From positions 434,001-498,000 of the forward strand of contig CAXHJY010000898.1 in NCBI GenBank assembly GCA_964016885.1: 64,000 bases of DNA. The letters run 5' to 3'. The translations under genes were made by a program, and so were the position numbers. Origin of the DNA: Eledone cirrhosa. Its lineage: Eukaryota. Every line of letters starts with the position of its first letter. Within the stretch, counting starts at the first letter, position 1. This document shows positions 23,201-34,500 of the stretch, in pieces. The notes under the pieces are model-generated. The model did no database searches. It saw nothing but the letters and a program-made list of their open reading frames with translations, and was not told where the DNA came from.

Positions 23201-26200
23201 CTTAGGATAGCTTAGGATAGCTTAGCTTAGGATAGCTTAGCTTAGGATAGCTTAGGATAGCTTAGCTTAGCTTAGCTTAGGATAGCTTAGCTTAGCTTAG
23301 CTTAGGATAGCTTAGCTTAGCTTAGGATTGCTTAGCTTAGCTTAGCTTAGGATAGCTTAGGATAGCTTAGCTTAGGATAGCTTAGCTTAGGATAGCTTAG
23401 GATAGCTTAGGATAGCTTAGCTTAGCTTAGCTTAGGATAGCTTAGCTTAGCTTAGCTTAGGATAGCTTAGCTTAGCTTAGGATAGCTTAGCTTAGCTTAG
23501 CTTAGGATAGCTTAGCTTAGCTTAGCTTAGGACAGCTTAGCTTAGCTTAGCTTAGGATAGCTTAGCTTAGCTTAGGATAGCTTAGCTTAGCTTAGCTTAG
23601 GATAGCTTAGCTTAGGATAGCTTAGCTTAGGATAGCTTAGCTTGGGTTAGCTTAGCTTAGCTTAGCTTAGGATAGCTTAGGATAGCTTAGCTTAGGATAG
23701 ATTAGCTTAGCTTAGCTTAGGATAGCTTAGCTTAGCTTAGCTTAGGATAGCTTAGCTTAGCTTAGCTTAGGATAGCTTAGCTTAGCTTAGCTTAGGATAG
23801 CTTAGCTTAGGATAGCTTAGGATAGCTTAGCTTAGCTTAGCTTAGGATAGCTTAGCTTAGCTTAGCTTAGGATAGCTTAGCTTAGCTTAGGATAGCTTAG
23901 CTTAGCTTAGCTTAGGATAGCTTAGCTTAGCTTAGCTTAGGATAGCTTAGCTTAGCTTAGCTTAGGATAGCTTAGGATAGCTTAGGATAGCTTAGCTTAG
24001 CTTAGCTTAGGATAGCTTAGCTTAGCTTAGCTTAGGATAGCTTAGCTTAGCTTAGCTTAGGATAGCTTAGCTTAGCTTAGGATAGCTTAGCTTAGCTTAG
24101 GATAGCTTAGCTTAGCTTAGCTTAGGATAGCTTAGCTTAGCTTAGCTTAGGATAGCTTAGCTTAGCTTAGCTTAGGATAGCTTAGCTTAGCTTAGGATAG
24201 CTTAGCTTAGCTTAGCTTAGGATAGCTTAGCTTAGCTTAGCTTAGGATAGCTTAGCTTAGCTTAGCTTAGGATAGATTAGCTTAGCTTAGGATAGCTTAG
24301 CTTAGCTTAGCTTAGGAAAGCTTAGCTTAGCTTAGGATAGCTTAGCTTAGCTTAGCTTAGGATAGCTTAGGATAGCTTAGCTTAGGATAGCTTAGGATAG
24401 CTTAGCTTAGGATAGCTTAGGATAGCTTAGGTTAGGGTAGCTTAGCTTAGGATAGCTTAGGATAGCTTAGCTTAGGATAGCTTAGGATAGCTTAGCTTAG
24501 GATAGCTTAGGATAGCTTAGCTTAGGATAGCTTAGCTTAGGATAGCTTAGGAAAGCTTAGCTTAGCTTAGCTTAGGATAGCTTAGCTTAGCTTAGCTTAG
24601 GATAGCTTAGCTTAGCTTAGCTTAGGATAGCTTAGGATAGCTTAGCTTAGGATAGCTTAGGATAGCTTAGCTTAGGATAGCTTAGCTTAGGATAGCTTAG
24701 CTTAGGATAGCTTAGGATAGCTTAGCTTAGGATAGCTTAGGATAGCTTAGCTTAGGATAGCTTAGCTTAGGATAGCTTAGGATAGCTTAGCTTAGCTTAG
24801 CTTAGGATAGCTTAGCTTAGCTTAGCTTAGGATAGCTTAGCTTAGCTTAGCTTAGCTTAGCTTAGCTTAGGATAGCTTAGGATAGCTTAGCTTAGGATAG
24901 CTTAGGATAGCTTAGCTTAGGATAGCTTAGCTTAGGATAGCTTAGCTTAGCTTAGCTTAGGATAGCTTAGCTTAGGATAGCTTAGGATAGCTTAGCTTAG
25001 GATAGCTTAGCTTAGGATAGCTTAGGATAGCTTAGCTTAGCTTAGCTTAGGATAGCTTAGCTTAGCTTAGCTTAGGATAGCTTAGCTTAGCTTAGGATAG
25101 CTTAGCTTAGCTTAGCTTAGGATAGCTTAGCTTAGCTTAGCTTAGGATAGCTTAGCTTAGGATAGCTTAGGATAGCTTAGCTTAGCTTAGCTTAGGATAG
25201 CTTAGCTTAGCTTAGCTTAGGATAGCTTAGCTTAGCTTAGGATAGCTTAGCTTAGCTTAGCTTAGGATAGCTTAGCCTAGCTTAGCTTAGGATAGCTTAG
25301 CTTAGCTTAGCTTAGGATAGCTTAGCTTAGGATAGCTTAGGATAGCTTAGCTTAGCTTAGCTTAGGATAGCTTAGCTCAGCTTAGGATAGCTTAGCTTAG
25401 CTTAGGATAGCTTAGCTTAGCTTAGCTTAGGATAGCTTAGCTTAGCTTAGCTTAGGATAGCTTAGCTTAGGTTAGCTTAGGATAGCTTAGGATAGCTTAG
25501 GATAGCTTAGCTTAGCTTAGCTTAGCTTAGGATAGCTTAACTTAGCTTAGGATAGCTTAGCTTAGCTTAGCTTAGGATAGCTTAGCTTAGCTTAGCTTAG
25601 GATAGCTTAGCTTAGCTTAGCTTAGGATAGCTTAGCTTAGCTTAGCTTAGGATAGCTTAGCTTAGCTTAGGATAGCTTAGCTTAGCTTAGCTTAGAATAG
25701 CTTAGCTTAGGATAGCTTAGCTTAGGATAGCTTAGGATAGCTTAGCTTAGGATAGCTTAGGATAGCTTAGCTTAGGATAGCTTAGCTTAGCTTAGCTTAG
25801 GATAGCTTAGCTTAGCTTAGGATAGCTTAGCTTAGCTTAGCTTAGGATAGCTTAGCTTAGGATAGCTTAGGAAAGCTTAGCTTAGCTTAGCTTAGCTTAG
25901 CTTAGCTTAGCTTAGCTTAGGATAGCTTAGCTTAGCTTAGGATAGTTTAGCTTAGCTTAGCTTAGGATAGCTTAGCTTAGCTTAGCTTAGGATAGCTTAG
26001 CTTAGCTTAGCTTAGGATAGCTTAGCTTAGCTTAGGATAGCTTAGCTTAGCTTAGCTTAGGATAGCTTAGCTTAGCTTAGGATAGCTTAGCTTAGCTTAG
26101 CTTAGGATAGCTTAGCTTAGCTTAGCTTAGGATAGCTTAGCTTAGGATAGCTTAGCTTAGCTTAGGATAGCTTAGCTTAGCTTAGCTTAGGATAGCTTAG

Positions 26201-28550
26201 CTTAGCTTAGCTTAGGATAGCTTAGCTTAGCTTAGCTTAGTATAGCTTAGCTTAGCTTAGCTTAGGATAGCTTAGCTTAGCTTAGCTTAGGATAGCTTAG
26301 CTTAGCTTAGCTTAGGATAGCTTAGCTTAGCTTAGCTTAGGATAGCTTAGCTTAGCTTAGCTTAGGATAGCTTAGCTTAGCTTGGCTTAGGATAGCTTAG
26401 CTTAGCTTGGCTTAGGATAGCTTAGCTTAGCTTAGCTTAGGATAGCTTAGCTTAGCTTAGCTTAGCTTAGCTTAGGATAGCTTAGCTTAGCTTAGCTTAG
26501 CTTAGGATAGCTTAGCTTAGCTTAGCTTAGCTTAGGATAGCTTAGCTTAGCTTAGCTTAGCTTAGCTTAGGATAGCTTAGCTTAGCTTAGCTTAGGATAG
26601 CTTAGCTTAGTTTAGGATAGCTTAGCTTAGCTTAGCTTAGGATAGCTTAGGATAGCTTAGCTTAGGATAGCTTAGGATAGCTTAGCTTAGGATAGCTTAG
26701 GATAGCTTAGGTTAGGATAGCCTAGCTTAGGATAGCTTAGGATAGCTTAGCTTAGGATAGCTTAGGATAGCTTAGCTTAGGATAGCTTAGGATAGCTTAG
26801 CTTAGAATAGCTTAGCTTAGGATAGCTTAGGAAAGCTTAGCTTAGCTTAGCTTAGGATAGCTTAGCTTAGCTTAGCTTAGGATAGCTTAGCTTAGCTTAG
26901 CTTAGGATAGCTTAGGATAGCTTAGCTTAGGATAGCTTAGGATAGCTTAGCTTTGGATAGCTTAGCTTAGGAGAGCTTAGCTTAGGATAGCTTAGGATAG
27001 CTTAGCTTAGGATAGCTTAGGATAGCTTAGCTTAGGATAGCTTAGCTTAGGATAGCTTAGGATAGCTTAGCTTAGCTTAGCTTAGGATAGCTTAGCTTAG
27101 CTTAGCTTAGCTTAGGATAGCTTAGCTTAGCTTAGCTTAGCTTAGGATAGCTTAGCTTAGCTTAGGATAGCTTAGGATAGCTTAGCTTAGGATAGCTTAG
27201 GATAGCTTAGCTTAGGATAGCTTAGGATAGCTTAGCTTAGGATAGCTTAGGATAGCTTAGCTTAGGATAGCTTAGCTTAGGATAGCTTAGCTTAGCTTAG
27301 CTTAGGATAGCTTAGCTTAGGATAGCTTAGGATAGCTTAGCTTAGGATAGCTTAGCTTAGCTTAGGATAGCTTAGCTTAGCTTAGCTTAGGATAGCTTAG
27401 CTTAGCTTAGCTTAGGATAGCTTAGCTTAGCTTAGCTTAGGATAGCTTAGCTTAGCTTAGGATAGCTCAGCTTAGCTTAGCTTAGGAAAGCTTAGCTTAG
27501 CTTAGCTTAGGATAGCTTAGCTTAGCTTAGGATAGCTCAGCTTAGCTTAGCTTAGGAAAGCTTAGCTTAGCTTAGCTTAGGATAGCTTAGCTTAGGATAG
27601 CTTAGCTTAGGATAGCTTAGCTTAGGTTAGCTTAGCTTAGCTTAGCTTAGGATAGCTTAGGATAGCTTAGCTTAGGATAGCTTAGCTTAGCTTAGCTTAG
27701 GATAGCTTAGCTTAGCTTAGCTTAGGATAGCTTAGCTTAGCTTAGCTTAGGATAGCTTAGCTTAGGATAGCTTAGGATAGCTTAGCTTAGCTTAGCTTAG
27801 GATAGTTTAGCTTAGCTTAGCTTAGGATAGCTTAGCTTAGCTTAGCTTAGGATAGCTTAGCTTAGCTTAGCTTAGGATAGCTTAGCTTAGGTTAGCTTAG
27901 GATAGCTTAGGATAGCTTAGCTTAGGATAGCTTAGGATAGCTTAGCTTAGGATAGCTTAGCTTAGGATAGCTTAGCTTAGGATAGCTTAGGATAGCTTAG
28001 GATAGCTTAGCTTAGCTTAGCTTAGCTTAGGATAGCTTAACTTAGCTTAGGATAGCTTAGCTTAGCTTAGCTTAGGATAGCTTAGCTTAGCTTAGCTTAG
28101 GATAGCTTAGCTTAGCTTAGCTTAGGATAGCTTAGCTTAGCTTAGCTTAGGATAGCTTAGCTTAGCTTAGCTTAGGATAGCTTAGCTTAGCTTAGCTTAG
28201 AATAGCTTAGCTTAGGATAGCTTAGCTTAGGATAGCTTAGGATAGCTTAGCTTAGGATAGCTTAGGATAGCTTAGCTTAGGATAGCTTAGCTTAGCTTAG
28301 CTTAGGATAGCTTAGCTTAGCTTAGGATAGCTTAGCTTAGCTTAGCTTAGGATAGCTTAGCTTAGGATAGCTTAGGAAAGCTTAGCTTAGCTTAGCTTAG
28401 CTTAGCTTAGCTTAGCTTAGCTTAGGATAGCTTAGCTTAGCTTAGGATAGTTTAGCTTAGCTTAGCTTAGGATAGCTTAGCTTAGCTTAGCTTAGGATAG
28501 CTTAGCTTAGCTTAGCTTAGGATAGCTTAGCTTAGCTTAGGATAGCTTAG
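17200..28550 (+). repeat. Copy 2 of ~11.8-kb tandem higher-order duplication
   Basis: Collinear marker match to 5.4-16.8 kb, with private changes such as an extra GTAG at 21014, GAGAG 21717, CTCAG 25376, CCTAG 26721 and a 70-bp duplication at 27466. Confidence 0.88.
27466..27605 (+). repeat. 70-bp tandem duplication private to this block
   Basis: CTCAG 27466/27536 and GAAAG 27486/27556. Homologous sites (15771, 29566, 58841, 61361) carry the CTCAG..GAAAG pair once. Confidence 0.85.
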
Positions 28551-31500
28551 CTTAGCTTAGGATAGCTTAGCTTAGCTTAGCTTAGCTTAGCTTAGGATAG
28601 CTTAGCTTAGCTTAGCTTAGGATAGCTTAGCTTAGTTTAGGATAGCTTAGCTTAGCTTAGCTTAGGATAGCTTAGGATAGCTTAGCTTAGGATAGCTTAG
28701 GATAGCTTAGCTTAGGATAGCTTAGGATAGCTTAGGTTAGGATAGCTTAGCTTAGGATAGCTTAGGATAGCTTAGCTTAGGATAGCTTAGGATAGCTTAG
28801 CTTAGGATAGCTTAGGATAGCTTAGCTTAGAATAGCTTAGCTTAGGATAGCTTAGGAAAGCTTAGCTTAGCTTAGCTTAGGATAGCTTAGCTTAGCTTAG
28901 CTTAGGATAGCTTAGCTTAGCTTAGCTTAGGATAGCTTAGGATAGCTTAGCTTAGGATAGCTTAGGATAGCTTAGCTTTGGATAGCTTAGCTTAGGAGAG
29001 CTTAGCTTAGGATAGCTTAGGATAGCTTAGCTTAGGATAGCTTAGGATAGCTTAGCTTAGGATAGCTTAGCTTAGGATAGCTTAGGATAGCTTAGCTTAG
29101 CTTAGCTTAGGATAGCTTAGCTTAGCTTAGCTTAGCTTAGGATAGCTTAGCTTAGCTTAGCTTAGCTTAGGATAGCTTAGCTTAGCTTAGCTTAGGATAG
29201 CTTAGGATAGCTTAGCTTAGGATAGCTTAGGATAGCTTAGCTTAGGATAGCTTAGGATAGCTTAGCTTAGGATAGCTTAGGATAGCTTAGCTTAGGATAG
29301 CTTAGCTTAGGATAGCTTAGCTTAGCTTAGGATAGCTTAGCTTAGGATAGCTTAGGATAGCTTAGCTTAGGATAGCTTAGCTTAGGATAGCTTAGGATAG
29401 CTTAGCTTAGCTTAGCTTAGGATAGCTTAGCTTAGCTTAGCTTAGGATAGCTTAGCTTAGCTTAGGATAGCTTAGCTTAGCTTAGCTTAGGATAGCTTAG
29501 CTTAGCTTAGCTTAGGATAGCTTAGCTTAGCTTAGCTTAGGATAGCTTAGCTTAGCTTAGGATAGCTCAGCTTAGCTTAGCTTAGGAAAGCTTAGCTTAG
29601 CTTAGCTTAGGATAGCTTAGCTTAGGATAGCTTAGCTTAGGTTAGCTTAGCTTAGCTTAGCTTAGGATAGCTTAGGATAGCTTAGCTTAGGATAGCTTAG
29701 CTTAGCTTAGCTTAGGATAGCTTAGCTTAGCTTAGCTTAGGATAGCTTAGCTTAGCTTAGCTTAGGATAGCTTAGCTTAGGATAGCTTAGGATAGCTTAG
29801 CTTAGCTTAGCTTAGGATAGTTTAGCTTAGCTTAGCTTAGGATAGCTTAGCTTAGCTTAGCTTAGGATAGCTTAGCTTAGCTTAGCTTAGGATAGCTTAG
29901 CTTAGGTTAGCTTAGGATAGCTTAGGATAGCTTAGCTTAGGATAGCTTAGGATAGCTTAGCTTAGGATAGCTTAGCTTAGGATAGCTTAGCTTAGGTTAG
30001 CTTAGCTTAGCTTAGCTTAGGATAGCTTAGGATAGCTTAGCTTAGGATAGCTTAGCTTAGGATAGCTTAGCTTAGGATAGCTTAGGATAGCTTAGCTTAG
30101 CTTAGCTTAGGATAGCTTAGCTTAGCTTAGCTTAGGATAGCTTAGCTTAGGTTAGCTTAGCTTAGCTTAGCTTAGGATAGCTTAGCTTAGGATAGCTTAG
30201 GATAGCTTAGCTTAGGATAGCTTAGCTTAGGATAGCTTAGGATAGCTTAGCTTAGGATAGCTTAGAATAGCTTAGCTTAGGATAGCTTAGCTTAGGATAG
30301 CTTAGGATAGCTTAGCTTAGCTTAGCTTAGGATAGCTTAGCTTAGCTTAGCTTAGGATAGCTTAGCTTAGCTTAGCTTAGGATAGCTTAGCTTAGCTTAG
30401 CTTAGGATAGCTTAGGATAGCTTAGCTTAGGATAGCTTAGGATAGCTTAGGATAGCTTAGCTTAGCTTAGCTTAGGATAGCTTAGCTTAGCTTAGCTTAG
30501 GATAGCTTAGCTTAGCTTAGCTTAGGATAGCTTAGCTTAGCTTAGGATAGCTTAGCTTAGCTTAGCTTAGGATAGCTTAGCTTAGCTTAGCTTAGGATAG
30601 CTTAGCTTAGCTTAGGATAGCTTAGCTTAGGATAGCTTAGCTTAGCTTAGCTTAGGATAGCTTAGCTTAGCTTAGCTTAGGATAGCTTAGCTTAGCTTAG
30701 CTTAGGATAGCTTAGCTTAGCTTAGCTTAGGATAGCTTAGCTTAGCTTAGCTTAGGATAGCTTAGCTTAGCTTAGCTTAGGATAGCTTAGCTTAGCTTAG
30801 CTTAGGATAGATTAGCTTAGCTTAGGATAGCTTAGCTTAGCTTAGCTTAGGAAAGCTTAGCTTAGCTTAGGATAGCTTAGCTTAGCTTAGCTTAGGAGAG
30901 CTTAGCTTAGCTTAGGATAGCTTAGCTTAGCTTAGCTTAGGATAGCTTAGCTTAGCTTAGCTTAGGTAGCTTAGCTTAGCTTAGCTTAGGATAGCTTAGC
31001 TTAGCTTAGCTTAGGATAGCTTAGGATAGCTTAGCTTAGGATAGCTTAGGATAGCTTACCTTAGGAGAGCTTAGCTTAGGATAGCTTAGCTTAGGATAGC
31101 TTAGGATAGCTTAGCTTAGGATAGCTTAGCTTAGGATAGCTTAGCTTAGGATAGCTTAGGATAGCTTAGCTTAGCTTAGCTTAGGATAGCTTAGCTTAGC
31201 TTAGCTTAGGATAGCTTAGCCTAGGTTAGCTTAGCTTAGCTTAGCTTAGGATAGCTTAGGATAGCTTAGCTTAGGATAGCTTAGGATAGCTTAGCTTAGG
31301 ATAGCTTAGGATAGCTTAGCTTAGGATAGCTTAGCTTAGGATAGCTTAGGATTGCTTAGCTTAGGATAGCTTAGGATAGCTTAGCTTAGGATAGCTTAGC
31401 TTAGGATCGCTTAGGATAGCTTAGCTTAGCTTAGCTTAGGATAGCTTAGCTTAGCTTAGCTTAGGATAGCTTAGCTTAGCTTAGCTTAGGATAGCTTAGC

Positions 31501-34500
31501 TTAGCTTAGCTTAGGATAGCTTAGGATAGCTTAGCTTAGGATAGCTTAGGATAGCTTAGCTTAGGATAGCTTAGGATAGCTTAGCTTAGGATAGCTTAGC
31601 TTAGGATAGCTTAGCTTAGGATAGCTTAGGATAGCTTAGCTTAGGATAGCTTAGGATAGCTTAGCTTAGGATAGCTTAGCTTAGGATAGCTTAGCTTAGG
31701 ATAGCTTAGGATAGCTTAGCTTAGCTTAGCTTAGGATAGCTTAGCTTAGCTTAGCTTAGGATAGCTTAGCTTAGCTTAGCTTAGGATAGCTTAGCTTAGC
31801 TTAGCCTAGGATAGCTTAGGATAGCTTAGCTTAGGATAGCTTAGGATAGCTTAGCTTAGGTTAGCTTAGGATAGCTTAGCTTAGGATAGATTAGCTTAGG
31901 ATAGCTTAGCTTAGGATAGCTTAGGATAGCTTAGCTTAGGATAGCTTAGGATAGCTTAGCTTAGAATAGCTTAGCTTAGGATAGCTTAGGAAAGCTTAGC
32001 TTAGCTTAGCTTAGGATAGCTTAGCTTAGCTTAGCTTAGGATAGCTTAGCTTAGCTTAGCTTAGGATAGCTTAGGATAGCTTAGCTTAGGATAGCTTAGG
32101 ATAGCTTAGCTTTGGATAGCTTAGCTTAGGAGAGCTTAGCTTAGGATAGCTTAGGATAGCTTAGCTTAGGATAGCTTAGGATAGCTTAGCTTAGGATAGC
32201 TTAGCTTAGGATAGCTTAGGATAGCTTAGCTTAGCTTAGCTTAGGATAGCTTAGCTTAGCTTAGCTTAGGATAGCTTAGCTTAGCTTAGCTTAGCTTAGG
32301 ATAGCTTAGCTTAGCTTAGCTTAGGATAGCTTAGGATAGCTTAGCTTAGGATAGCTTAGGATAGCTTAGCTTAGGATAGCTTAGGATAGCTTAGCTTAGG
32401 ATAGCTTAGGATAGCTTAGCTTAGGATAGCTTAGCTTAGGATAGCTTAGCTTAGCTTAGCTTAGGATAGCTTAGCTTAGGATAGCTTAGGATAGCTTAGC
32501 TTAGGATAGCTTAGCTTAGGATAGCTTAGGATAGCTTAGCTTAGCTTAGCTTAGGATAGCTTAGCTTAGCTTAGCTTAGGATAGCTTAGCTTAGCTTAGG
32601 ATAGCTTAGCTTAGCTTAGCTTAGGATAGCTTAGCTTAGCTTAGCTTAGGATAGCTTAGCTTAGCTTAGCTTAGGATAGCTTAGCTTAGCTTAGGATAGC
32701 TCAGCTTAGCTTAGCTTAGGATAGCTTAGCTTAGGTTAGCTTAGGATAGCTTAGGATGGCTTAGGATAGCTTAGCTTAGCTTAGCTTAGGATAGCTTAGC
32801 TTAGCTTAGCTTAGGATAGCTTAGCTTAGCTTAGCTTAGGATAGCTTAGCTTAGCTTAGGATAGCTTAGCTTAGCTTAGCTTAGGATAGCTTAGCTTAGC
32901 TTAGGATAGCTTAGCTTAGCTTAGCTTAGGATAGCTTAGCTTTGCTTAGGATAGCTTAGCTTAGCTTAGCTTAGGATAGCTTAGCTTAGCTTAGCTTAGG
33001 ATAGCTTAGCTTAGGATAGCTTAGCTTAGCTTTGCTTAGGATAGCTTAGCTTAGCTTAGCTTAGGATAGCTTAGCTTAGCTTAGCTTAGGATAGCTTAGC
33101 TTAGCTTAGCTTAGGATAGCTTAGCTTAGCTTAGCTTAGGATAGCTTAGCTTAGGATAGCTTAGCTTAGCTTAGCTTAGGATAGCTTAGCTTAGCTTAGC
33201 TTAGGATAGCTTAGCTTTGCTTAGGATAGCTTAGCTTAGCTTAGCTTAGGATAGCTTAGCTTAGCTTAGCTTAGGATAGCTTAGCTTAGCTTAGCTTAGG
33301 ATAGATTAGCTTAGCTTAGGATAGCTTAGCTTAGCTTAGCTTAGGAAAGCTTAGCTTAGCTTAGGATAGCTTAGCTTAGCTTAGCTTAGGAGAGCTTAGC
33401 TTAGCTTAGGATAGCTTAGCTTAGCTTAGCTTAGGATAGCTTAGCTTAGCTTAGGTAGCTTAGCTTAGCTTAGCTTAGGATAGCTTAGCTTAGCTTAGCT
33501 TAGCTTAGGATAGCTTAGCTTAGCTTAGCTTAGGATAGCTTAGCTTAGCTTAGCTTAGGATAGCTTAGGATAGCTTAGCTTAGGATAGCTTAGGATAGCT
33601 TACCTTAGGAGAGCTTAGCTTAGGATAGCTTAGCTTAGGATAGCTTAGGATAGCTTAGCTTAGGATAGCTTAGCTTAGGATAGCTTAGCTTAGGATAGCT
33701 TAGGATAGCTTAGCTTAGCTTAGCTTAGGATAGCTTAGCTTAGCTTAGCTTAGGATAGCTTAGCTTAGGTTAGCTTAGCTTAGCTTAGCTTAGGATAGCT
33801 TAGCTTAGGATAGCTTAGGATAGCTTAGCTTAGGATAGCTTAGCTTAGGATAGCTTAGCTTAGCTTTGCTTAGGATAGCTTAGCTTAGCTTAGCTTAGGA
33901 TAGCTTAGCTTAGCTTAGCTTAGGATAGCTTAGCTTAGCTTAGCTTAGGATAGCTTAGCTTAGCTTAGCTTAGGATAGCTTAGCTTAGCTTAGCTTAGGA
34001 TAGCTTAGCTTAGCTTAGCTTAGGATCGCTTAGCTTAGCTTAGGATAGCTTAGCTTAGCTTAGGATAGCTTAGCTTAGCTTAGCTTAGGATAGCTTAGCT
34101 TAGCTTAGGATAGCTTAGGATAGCTTAGCTTAGGAGAGCTTAGCTTAGCTTAGGTTAGGATAGCTTAGCTTAGCTTAGCTTAGGATAGCTTAGCTTAACT
34201 TAGCTTAGGATAGCTTAGCTTAGCTTAACTTAGGATAGCTTAGCTTAGCTTAGCTTAGGATAGCTTAGCTTAGCTTAGCTTAGGATAGCTTAGCTTAGCT
34301 TAGCTTAGGATAGCTTAGGATAGCTTAGCTTAGGATAGCTTAGGATAGCTTACCTTAGGAGAGCTTAGCTTAGGATAGCTTAGCTTAGGATAGCTTAGGA
34401 TAGCTTAGCTTAGGATAGCTTAGCTTAGGATAGCTTAGCTTAGGATAGCTTAGGATAGCTTAGCTTAGCTTAGCTTAGGATAGCTTAGCTTAGCTTAGCT

